Below are positions 1-10,016 of a stretch of 64,000 nucleotides of DNA, piece by piece. The stretch spans positions 558,001-622,000 of the forward strand of contig QPMI01000453.1 of assembly GCA_004431415.1 (NCBI GenBank), given 5' to 3'. How positions within the stretch are numbered: position 1 is the first letter of the stretch; each line of letters starts with the position of its first letter. The position numbers and the translations under genes were made by a program. Origin of the DNA: Cyanophora paradoxa CCMP329 (lineage: Eukaryota; Plantae; Glaucophyta). The notes below the pieces were generated by a model. The model ran no database searches, had not been told where the DNA came from, and saw only the letters and a program-made list of their open reading frames with translations.

Positions 1-404
1 GCAAGCCGAAGCAGCAATGTAAATGATCATGAGCGACGCGCACTGCAGCACAGACAGAAAGGCAGGGCGCCGAGCCGGGGCCGGGGGCGCACTGGCCACT
101 GTAGCATAACAGCTTGGCTGGAACGCATGTGTCGCTGTCCTTCGCCTTGCCGGAGACGTACGTCGCATCTTTCGAGCAGATGGACGAAACGGATCCAGTG
201 CTGCGCACGCCACGCGCGGTTCATGCTCAGAGCTCGCGGCCATGCATATGTGCATAGCGGCCGCGGGACGCGATTGATTTCGATATCGGCGGGGCAGAGT
301 CGCGCATGCCGCATGCGCAGTGCGCACCTGTCGACGGCGTACGCCGGCTCACCCGAGCAGTCGACCGAAGTGTAGCACCTCAGCTTGGACGTCTTGGGTC
401 CCAT
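1..404 (-). CDS. Cys-rich repeat protein, copy 1 (partial, runs off the window start)
   Basis: Near-identical reverse complement of 2561-2958 with the same exons (MGPKTSKLRCYTSVDC...; STGSVSSICSKDATY...CYSG) and the same splice sites. Confidence 0.6.
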
Positions 405-1295
405 GGCGATGCGACCGTATGCGTATTCGTTGGGCGATAGCTACCGCGTATACTAGGCTAGGCTACTCTAAGTTACAGCCAGTTACCGTAGTACTCCGAA
501 TCTAACGCGTAACGTTTAACGCGTATACGTACGGTAGTTACAGACTTACCGTAGTACAGTCTTACGACCTCACTGAGTCAGTGCCACGGTGAGACCCGGT
601 GACCGTCGGACGGGACTCGGACCGCGAGTCCCCGAGCCGCGGGCCGCGGCCTGCGCGGGCCAGCATGCGCAGCGCGGCTGCACCGGCGCCGCCGGGCCAC
701 CGGCGCCCGGGCGGCCGGGCGGCCCGGGCCCCGCCGCGGCGCAGCCGGCCGCCGCGGCCGCCGGCGCGGGCGCCAGCGCTAGCGCCGCCGCCCGGCCGGC
801 CCGCTGGCCCGGCGCGCCGGGGCCCGGTCCGGACTCCGGAGTCCGGACCGTCCTGTCACCGTGTGTCATGAATCATTGATGCGGAACTGCAGCGCGGCAG
901 TGGGGCCTGAGTGGGCCCGGGGCCCCCGGGCCAGTGGGCCAGTGGCGGCCGCGCGCGGGCAGCACCGCGGCCGCGCGCTGCCGCAGTACGGTGCCAGTAC
1001 CTGCCACTGGCTGCCAGTCTGTGCCATGCCAGTGCGGCGCTGGTCCCGCCGGGCTGTGCGGCAGCCTGTGCCGCTGAGGGCCTGATCATGATCATGAGGC
1101 CCGCCCGGGCGCCGGGCGGCCGTGGCGCCGCGCTGGGCCGTTGCATGTGCCTCTCATGATCAGTCTCTCGAGTCTCACCGTGGCACCGAGTCAGATGCTG
1201 GGTTTTTTTCATTCCGGGAAAGAGCCGCGCCCGGCGGCCGCGCCGCGGCGCGCTGAGTCGCGGACTCATGATCACGTGCACGGTCCCTCCCATTA

Positions 1296-1569
1296 CTGTA
1301 GGAATGCTTAACTTAGTAGTAAATTGCCAGAGTTGCCGCGTAGTAAAATTGCCGAATTCGCCCGAAACCGGAATTGCCGTGGCGATAAATTGCCGAAACT
1401 CTGGATTTCTTGTATGGCACCCTACCGTTAGCGGACGTTTAGCCCTGCATACAAAAGCGGACGTTTAGCCCTACCCCCTAAGAATTGCCGTGGCTTAAAA
1501 TTGCCGAATTCGGCCTCTCGCGGCAATTTACGGCAATTTAAAACATCGGCTAAAAAAGCAATCCTACAG
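1296..1569. mobile_element. MITE-like element, TA-flanked (Tc1/mariner-type), with AATTGCCG subterminal repeats
   Basis: TA|CTGTAGGAATGCTT ... AAGCAATCCTACAG|TA; many AATTGCCG/CGGCAATT units; no coding capacity. Confidence 0.75.
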
Positions 1570-2560
1570 TACCTCTGGATCCCAGCAGTGAGTATTACTA
1601 CTAGGCTAGGCTAGTACTAGCCTAGTAGTGCCGCATGCGCAGTGCTCCGGTCCGGTTCCGCCGGCCCGGCGCCGGCGCCGGGCCGCCTGAGGCCCGCCTC
1701 TCGAGCCTCGGAGCTCAGACCGTCGACGTCGGACGCTAAGTTTTTTTAACCCGGGAAAGAGCTTTCAACACTGTGACAACTGCTTCGAGTCGAAAGTCTA
1801 GATCTGGCCCACCGCCATATACAACGCCCGGTACCATACAAATAAAAATTCTAGGGGGGGTATGCTCGCGAAAATTTCATATTCTCGCGCGCGAAAGTTA
1901 CAAATTCCGTGCACCCAGCTGCAGGCCAGGGAAGTCCTGCTTAGTTCATCTTCCTGCTCTCCTGCGCTCCTGCGCTCTTCAATCCGACGGAGCCCAAGGG
2001 AGCTGACGCCATCGATCGCGATATCCCGTACCCCTCCTGAGCATCAACCACCCGGCCTCCCCCACAACTGGCTTGAACTCGCCCCAAAGCACTTGCTTTA
2101 GACAGTTGGGAACAAACTGAGAGTACTAGTAGGCGCGTATACGTACGTAGTGCCTTCAAGGCTTGAAGCTGTGCAGAATTAAGCGTATTTCCTGTCAATT
2201 TTCACGCACTGCAGCAAGTACCCCCCCTCTACCACCGTCACCGGCGGGTAACAGTCAGCGGGCCCACCGACCGGGTGGGGGTTGAGCTCGAGGTGGACTA
2301 GTACTAGTACTGTGCCCAGCCCTGGCCCCTAGGCGGGACTCCCCGGAGTCCGCGGCGCCGGGACTCGGGATCCGGAGTCGCGGTCTCACTGCAGCTGACT
2401 CAGTGAGGTCGTAAGACTGTAACTACCGGACGTACCGGTACACAGTACGCGTTAAACGTTAAGCGTTAGATTCGGAGTACTACGGTAACTGGCTGTAACT
2501 TAGAGTAGCCTAGCCTAGTAGTAGCTACCACCCAACGAATACGCATACGGTCGCATCGCC

Positions 2561-5500
2561 ATGGGACCCAAGACGTCCAAGCTGAGGTGCTACACTTCGG
2601 TCGACTGCTTGGGTGAGCCGGCGTACGCCGTCGACAGGTGCGCACTGCGGCATGCGCGACTCTGCCCCGCCGATATCGAAATCAATCGCGTCCCGCGGCC
2701 GCTATGCACATATGCATGGCCGCGAGCTCTGAGCATGAACCGCGAGTGGCGTGCGCAGCACTGGATCCGTTTCGTCCATCTGCTCGAAAGATGCGACGTA
2801 CGTCTCCGGCAAGGCGAAGGACAGCGACACATGCGTTCCAGCCAAGCTGTTATGCTACAGTGGCCAGTGCGCCCCCGGCCCCGGCTCGGCGCCCTGCCTT
2901 TCTGTCTGTGCTGCAGTGCGCGTCGCTCATGATCATTTACATTGCTGCTTCGGCTTGCAGGGGATGCTCCGGCACCGTCTCGCTTGGGAGAGATCCTGCC
3001 TCGGGCAGCCTGGTCTCAAAGTAGTGCGCACATGCGTCGATCGCATGCATATGCCTCGCCCCTTCAAGTCATTGAATCGGTTGCGCCCGCCTGATCGACA
3101 CCCGTGCACGTGACCCCAGCCAACCGGAGGGCACGTCGAACGAGGACGCGTTCCTCCGCTGCCCCGTGCGCGAATTTCATTCATATAACATAAGCGCATG
3201 CAGCCTACGTGTATGTATACGTACACTCGTCAACCTGGCTCGGGCTAGCGTTCGAATTCAAGAGTTTTCTCTCCCCTTCTGTCTAAAGCTCTTTTCACAA
3301 TTGCAAATTCAGCCCTTATCGAATTGTATACACGTCAGCCTGGCTCGGGCTAGCGTTCAAGAGTTTCTCACTCTCCCCATCTGTCTGAAGCTAATTAAGA
3401 TAGCTGTTCATATCTTTCCGCGCGAGCGCATTGCGCCGACATCGACGCCGCCGGGCCGTCTCTCTGCAGAAGGGGACCAGCAGCTTCAAGGATGCCGATG
3501 CGACCAGCTGCGGCACGGCTCACAAGGAGGTGGAGTGCCACAAGAGCTTCGATTGCTCGAGCACCGGGGCCGACGTCACCGACGTTCTCGACCCGTGCGC
3601 GCGATCGCCGCCTCGCGCTCTAGATTTGGCCATCTGTGCTTGCTTGCACATAAAAGGGTGGCGCGCTTCCGGGCCCGTTTGATCGACTTCGCGATCGGGA
3701 ATGCAGCGCCAAGTGCCCTCCCACCACGGCGAGCATGCGAGTGCAGACGCTGGCAGCGGACGGCGCGAGCTATTCGGCTTCCTGCGTCCGCACGGCCGCC
3801 CTCTGCTACGCAGATACTCAGTGCAAAAATGCTTTGGCGATCGCCAAGGACGCGGCAGGCAACGTTCTCAAAGAGTAGTGCGACGTTTCCTCAGTCACCC
3901 GCGAGCTTGAGCTCAGATCAAATTTTGATTTGTCGCCTAACGCAAGTGTGCCGCCTGACTGCCTGCAGCAAGCCGGCTGGCGTGTCCAACGAAGAAGCCT
4001 TCCGCCGCTGCCCCGTGCGTTCAAGCTATTTATTTGATATCGATTTGACGAATACACGAATTCAAATCGCTTCGAGCTGACGGCGCCGGCATATGCCTGT
4101 CTTCCAGGTCGGCACAGATGGCGTCAAGGATGCCGGCAGCGACACGTGCTCTCCCGCCGTTCAAGCTCTTGAGTGCCACAAGACCTTCGATTGCACCTCA
4201 CCTGCGGGCGACGTCACCACCTTTTACGACACAAATATTCAAAACCTGAACGCGTGCGCAATGAATATTCTATCTTCTGCGCATGCTTCGCGATCGCTTT
4301 AAATAATGAAAATCGCTTTATTTCGTGCACGCAATTATTTAAACGTGTTCCGCCTGCAGCCTAAAATGCCCGGCGACCACGGCGAGCGCTGTCATGCCGG
4401 TCGCTTCGAATTCGTTGGATGGCACGGAATACGTCCAGAAGTGCAGCCGCACAGCTGCACTCTGCTACTCTGACAAGGGCTGCGCGTCTGCACCGACGAT
4501 CGCCAAGGACGCGGCTGGCAACGTTCTCAAAGAATAGTGCGAAGTTTCCTCAGTTCTAGTCACCCGCGAGCTTGAGCTCAGATCGCATTTCAATTTGTCG
4601 CCTAACGCAAGTGTGCCGCCTGCCTGCAGCAAGCCGGCTGGCGTGTCCAACGAAGAAGCCTTCCGCCGCTGCCCCGTGCGTTCATGCTATCGATATCTAT
4701 ATATACACACATTAGATTTGGAGAACGTATACGTACAAGTTCGGGTCGCTTCGATCTGACGGCGCCGGCATATGCCTGTCTTCCAGGTCGGCACAGATGG
4801 CGTCAAGGATGCCGGCAGCGATGCATGCTCCCCCGCCGTTCAAGCTCTTGAGTGCCACAAGACCTTCGATTGCGCCTCACCAACGGGCGACGTCACCACT
4901 TTTTACGACACAAGCATTCAAAACCTGAGCGCGTGCGCTTCAATATTGAATTTGCTGCGCATGCATATGCTTCTGCGTGACGTCGACCATATACATACGT
5001 TTTCACATGTATTTATCTATTGAAATGTCCTGCAGGGGGTCGTGCCCCGCAGATACTACGCTCAGCGTACAGTCCTCAGACGGGAAGTGCCAACAAATGG
5101 CTGTCAAATGCTACACGGAGCGTGGATGCAGCGGAACTCTAACTGGGGTCGCTTCAGAATCGAGCCAGTGCCCGGAAGGTGCCGATCTAGATCTATGTGC
5201 AACGTTTCATAATCAAGATGGGATTATAAATATTTATGCTTTGAAAACACAGGGTCGGCGTCAGCGAAGGAATCCGCGACTGGCACCTGCACGAATTTCG
5301 CGGCGTGCTTCAAGTCTTATGATTGGTGAGCGCTAGCTGTTGTATAATTGAGCGAAACTAGATTCAAGCAAAACCTAAGGCGCTCGCTCGCGATCGCAGC
5401 ACCGGCACTCCTGTATACGGCAAGACAGCCGACCCGTGCGCCCTTTTGAAGCCGACGTTGTGCTGGCGCACTGAAGCTATATTCAAATCGCTGCCGTGCT

Positions 5501-6850
5501 GTCGCGTCTGCAGCGTGAGCTGTCGCGCTGTCGACGGCAGCATCACCACATGGCTCGCGCCGAACAATGGATATGATTGCGCATTGGGTGGATGCGATTG
5601 CGCTTTCGTCCATCCTCGTTGTTTTTCTGATGTAAGCGCATCATTGATTGTACGTATTTGCTTGTTTGAAAGGCATTGATTTCGATTTGCGCGCAAAGGA
5701 ATATTACGAATGTCAAGGAGAATTCAAGTTCGGGATTGCAACGTAAGCAGGGGGCCCGGGCCTCTTGCAATCGTCTCGATCAAATCATTAATATGCGCGA
5801 ATGACTTCCTCTCCCGCCGACTTGGCAATAATACGCTTTCAATTGCAACACGTTCACAGGGACAGGCTTCCAGGCAAACCATACTCAGCCGAGAGGGTGG
5901 ATTGTCCTGCCGGCTCGAAATTCTACGAGAACTATCTAGATACGCTTCACGGTCAGGATTGCCTTCCATTGGTGCGCGCGCGCGTGTGTGTATATATATA
6001 TATATATTGAGAACGCGAAGTCCTTATATAGCAACTCACCGACCACCCTCTCATGCGGCAGGCATCCTGCCACAATAACAAGGTATATATAAACGAGATC
6101 ATCCCGCAGAGTCTCGCTACGCGCTAATTTTCGCGGAAGTATTGCGTCAGGTCTTCTGATCCTGCTCTTATGTTGCAATTGACGTCGAACTACGCAACTG
6201 AGATCGTAAAGCAAAGCGATTCCACATACGTTACGAAACCGAGTTGCCCGAGGTAGACATCTATATATATATGCGCCCTCGGTGTGCGGGCCATCTATAA
6301 ATAGCTGAAGCCGGCCATGGGATTGCAGTAACTTCATCTTTAGTTACAGCGAGTTGGAAGGATGCACCGTGCTCTCAACAGGGTGCGCGAGAGACTCGAA
6401 TTTCTCTTTCGTATGCTCGAACTGGAGCTCGAGTCCAGTTGTTGAATGAACATGCACGCAGGATCCGGAAAGATCCGTGGGAGTACGACTCTGCTGACTT
6501 CGACGAGCTCGAAAGTGCTTCCGTTGAGGTGCGGGCGCGGCCATCCGCTTGATTTCCGGAGGCTCGTGCGGTCACAACCCGTCGAAATCGAGATACAGGA
6601 TATGGAGATCGATCACGATTCCGAAGAGGTCGGATTCGAATTCGAAGCCTCCGAGCTGGAGGTGCGCATGCGTGCACTTGCATTTTCGCTCCGTGCTTAT
6701 TTATATACCTTCGATTAAAAATGCAAACTATAGCTAATGATAACTCGAGCCTTGAGCCCGAAGATCCTTGAGCTGATATTTAATAACGACACTGTCCTCG
6801 ACTAAAAATAGGCTGCTTCCGCCCTGGTCGGCCTGGCGGAGGCTGCGTAA
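2561..6850 (+). CDS. Multi-exon Cys-rich repeat protein, copy 2, with an acidic C-terminal tail; 5' end possibly truncated
   Basis: Spliced in-frame repeat of three exons: (V/K)GTxxxKDAxxxxC...ECHK(S/T)FDC | xKCPxTTAS...CYxDxxC...KDAAGNVLKEY | KPAGVSNEEAFRRCP. The gene ends DMEIDHDSEEVGFEFEASELE | AASALVGLAEAA* (TAA 6848-6850). Intron phases are conserved between repeats. A few exons at 5.6-6.5 kb are unresolved. Confidence 0.7.
3225..3392 (+). repeat. Intronic ~60 bp direct repeat (also present at ~10700-10865)
   Basis: cctggctcgggctagcgttc...aagagttt...ctgtct occurs twice; the first copy carries an extra gaattc. Confidence 0.8.
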
Positions 6851-7216
6851 TTTCTCTCGAATATTTCGGACAAGGACAGGTGGACAAGACCGTCGGACGA
6901 GGACGCGTACGGGTGGACAAGGACGGGTAGTCGTTAAGTAGTCGTTGTAGGCTTGTAGGCTTCAACACTTACTAATTGTCACGCACTGCGGCTGTCCATT
7001 CTATCGCCTTGCCGCCGCTCCGCCCGGTCCTGCTCCCGCCTCGCTCCTCCCCTAGCCTCCTCCTCACTTGCGCCCCGAGGATGGAGGGGTCAAGGAGGAG
7101 AAGGTCACCTGCAGCTGGTGGGACGAAGCTTATAATTTAATTAAGTGATCGTAAGGAAGAGAGTCGGAGGGGTGGCCGAGGCGGGGTTCTGGGGGACGGG
7201 GGACGGCTCCCAGCTG

Positions 7217-8482
7217 CAGTGCTGTCTCGAAAGCATGGTCATGGTGTGTGCTCTTTTGTTTCTGACGCAGAAATTGTGTAGATGACTAAAAGAAGCTTAT
7301 ATAAAAGCCGGCGACGGCTCCGCGGTGCCGCATGCTCACGCTGCCTGCACATATGCTCGCCATAGTTATATATATAAGGGTCTGGAGCGGGGCTCGGCGG
7401 ATCTCCACATCCACCTTGGGCGAATATTAATACAGTCCCTTCTCTAAGTCGACCTTGATTAGGACCAACGTGCCCACCGAGCCGGCTCTGACCCTCGCTC
7501 CTCTTAACCTCTCGCTAGCTCCCCCCCCCCCCCCTCCCCCTCCCCGCGCCCCCCCCCCCCCCCCTCTCCCCCCTCCTTTCCCTCTGCCCTCCCAGTCTCG
7601 CCCGAGGGTCAAGGAGCTGACGGTCTCGTATCTTCGCGTGACATCGACTCTGTTCTCCGGAATCCGCTAGAGTTTGCCGTTCGTGGGGGCATCCCGTTGG
7701 GGACCCCCGGCGGTCGCTCGCCTCCTGCGCCGCCCCCTCCTGTTTTCGCCCCTGTAGTGACGCATGGGCCCGTCCCCATTCCTGCTCTCGCTGCCCCCCT
7801 CGACGCTCCCTTTCCCCCTTTCCCTGAGGTCCCGATCCCTGTTCTCCTTGGCCCGCTGGCCCTTCCTCTGCCTCCCCCCTCCTGTTGGGCCTCTTCACTT
7901 GCCAGCTCCCCGCCAAGTCCCTGGTCATCTTGCTGCTCCGTACCCTTTCTTACCCCTCCACCTTGCTCCACCACTTCCTCCCCCCCGCGGCCCTCTTTCC
8001 GACGTAGTCGTGGTTACGTTCAGCCTCCTCTCCAACCCATCCTTCTTGCCCCTGCTTCTGCTACTGTGACGCTGAGCGGCACTATTTTTCTGCATGCCCC
8101 TCCCGCCGCTACGTACGCCCCCAGTCTCTTTGCGTCTCCACCCTCTCTCCCGAGTCCGATTGCCAGCCTCTTCGCCTCCGGCGCTCTCTCTCACCCCGGC
8201 CTCCCTCGCCGCCGCTCTCGATTCTCCGTACCCCTCGGCCTCCCGATAAAACGTCTTAGAAGCAATACCGAGCTCCTTAGATGCTCCCCAGCGGTCCTAG
8301 CAAGCGACCACTGCGGCGAAAGCTCAGGTACCCGTAAACTTGAAAGGAAATTGAATATATTTAATATAATAAAATATTCATCATATGCATGACGTATCAT
8401 AACGCGTTATAACGTTATAATGTCGTCATAATGGCATCATTATAACGTCCCAATTTCCGGAGACGTTATAATGACAGCACTG
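7217..8482. mobile_element. Possible hAT-like element remnant
   Basis: 10-bp inverted match CAGTGCTGTC (7217) / GACAGCACTG (8473-8482), and TTATAA(CG) subterminal repeats at 8395-8472. No TSD or transposase was found. Confidence 0.25.
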
Positions 8483-8742
8483 GTTGTATGGCGGTGGGCC
8501 AGACTTTCGACTCGAAGCAGTTGTTGAAGGCTCTTTCCCGGGTTAAAAAACCCCAGCCTGGCATGCGCAGCGTCCGACGCGTACGTCGACGGTCTGAGCC
8601 AGTGATCACGAGAGGCGGCCCGGCGGATCCGGATATCGATCCGGAGTCCGGACTCGCGATCGGCGGACTCCCGAGTCCGGGCGGAGTCCGGACTCCGGAC
8701 CGGCCCGGCCCAGCGCCGGGCCGGCGGTCTCCGGGAGCACTA

Positions 8743-8984
8743 CTGTAGGTCCAGTGTAGGAATGCTTAAATTGCCGCGTCACGGCGTAGTTAACGTAAAA
8801 TTGCCGAATTCGACCAAAACCAGAATTGCCGTGACGATAAATTGCCGAAACTTGTTGCTGGGGGTAGGGAGTTTCCGAGGCCCCCATAGAGCGAATGTCT
8901 GGATTCGGCAATTTATCACCACGGCAATTCCGGTTTGGGCGAATTCGGCAATTTTTCACCACGGCAATTTAAGCCGTCCTACAG
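8743..8984. mobile_element. Second copy of the TA-flanked AATTGCCG MITE, with long imperfect foldback arms
   Basis: TA|CTGTAGG ... CCTACAG|TA; the two ~100 bp arms are imperfect reverse complements. Confidence 0.75.
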
Positions 8985-9298
8985 TACTGGGAGGCAGTGG
9001 CCCGTGGGACGGTGGGAGCAGTGCCGCGCGCGGCCGGTGGGCCACGTGCACTGCAGCTGGGCCCGGCCCGGCGGGGACTCGCCGAGTCGGCGGGGAGGCG
9101 GCGAGGCGCCCATGGCCACAGTGCGGCCCACTGGCAGTGGGAGGGACCGACGCCGCGGCGACGCGGACCGTCGGACCCGAGACCGCGTGACTCCGTGAGT
9201 CCGTGACTCATCAGCGCGCGCGCCGCGGGCCGGGCCGGGCCCGCGGCGCGGCGCGGCTCTTTCCCGGGATGAAAAAAAACCAGCATCTCAGAGTCTGA

Positions 9299-9372
9299 CG
9301 CTACGAGTTGGCGCCTAGGAAGAAAATTTCCTGGCCATCGGAAATCGCGCCATAGAGCCATAACTCGTAGCG
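9299..9372. mobile_element. Minute TIR element flanked by TGA on both sides (Harbinger/Tourist-like candidate)
   Basis: TGA|CGCTACGAGTT ... AACTCGTAGCG|TGA; absent from the matching site of the inverted block (~1155-1195). Confidence 0.45.
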
Positions 9373-10016
9373 TGAGAGGCACATGTACAACCGGTTTGAA
9401 CGGCCCAGCGCGGCACGGCCGGCGCCACTCCGTGACGGCGTCACTGACTCGACATAGTCGACACTGAGTCACGGCGGGCCGGGCCGCCGGGCCGGCCCCG
9501 GGCGCCGGCCCGGGCGGGCCCGGGCCCTCAGGGCCTCCGAGGCTCGCCGAGTCGGCGGCGCCGGCGCACTGCGGCAGGCCTACCGTACTACGGTAGACGA
9601 CTTAAATACTCAGTACCGCGGGTCGCGGGCCTCGCGGCCTAGGCCGCGACCCGCGGGCCGCGGCCGCCGCGGGCCCGCGGCGCGGCCCGGCGCCGGGCCG
9701 GCGGGCCCCGGCCCCCGGGCGGGGGCGGGAGTCCCGCGGTCTCACTCAGTGACTGCAGTCTAGATCTGCAGCCTGGCAGCTGAGGTCGTAAGACTGTACT
9801 ACCGTAGTACGGTAACTAACTTACGTATACGCGTAAAACGTTAACGTTAAGCCGCTGAGCGTTAGATTCGAATTCGGATCCGGAGTACTACGGCCCGGTG
9901 CACGTGACGGTAACTGGCTGAGCCGAGTCAGCAGCGGCTGTAACTTCGAGTAGCCTAGCCTAGTAGTACTACTACGGTAGCTACCGCCCAGCGAATACGC
10001 ATACGGTCGCATCGCC

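Larger units (their letters stand above)
1..2958. repeat. Inverted repeat with arms ~1-580 and ~2395-2958 and a ~1.8 kb spacer
   Basis: Base 1 pairs with 2958 (gcaagccgaagcagc / gctgcttcggcttgc). The match continues to gacctcactgagtca / tgactcagtgaggtc. It probably extends left of the window. Confidence 0.9.

Noticed and set aside
570-1293. Several Gly/Pro/Ala/Arg ORFs in the GC-palindrome block
   Set aside because: Stop-poor low-complexity DNA, not conserved in the inverted copy at 9400-9780.
1300-1560. AATTGCCG repeats as a CRISPR array or iterons
   Set aside because: The units are 8 bp, irregularly spaced, in both orientations and inside TIRs; eukaryotic context and no cas genes.
1829-1930. 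GGTACCATACAAATAAAAATTCTAGGGGGGG as a transposon terminus
   Set aside because: No matching opposite end or second copy in the window.
3166-4080. 304-aa ORF (and the 299-aa ORF at 10668-11567) as an intronless gene
   Set aside because: It reads through introns and mostly out of frame with the Cys-rich exons.
7427-7500. LVLIKVDLEKG resembling a LINE reverse transcriptase D..KAFD motif
   Set aside because: An immediate stop follows and no QG or YADD motifs were found; too short to call.
7609-8392. Pro-rich and Gly-rich ORFs as gag-like or real genes
   Set aside because: Purine/pyrimidine-skewed low complexity, with no domain or convincing splice structure.
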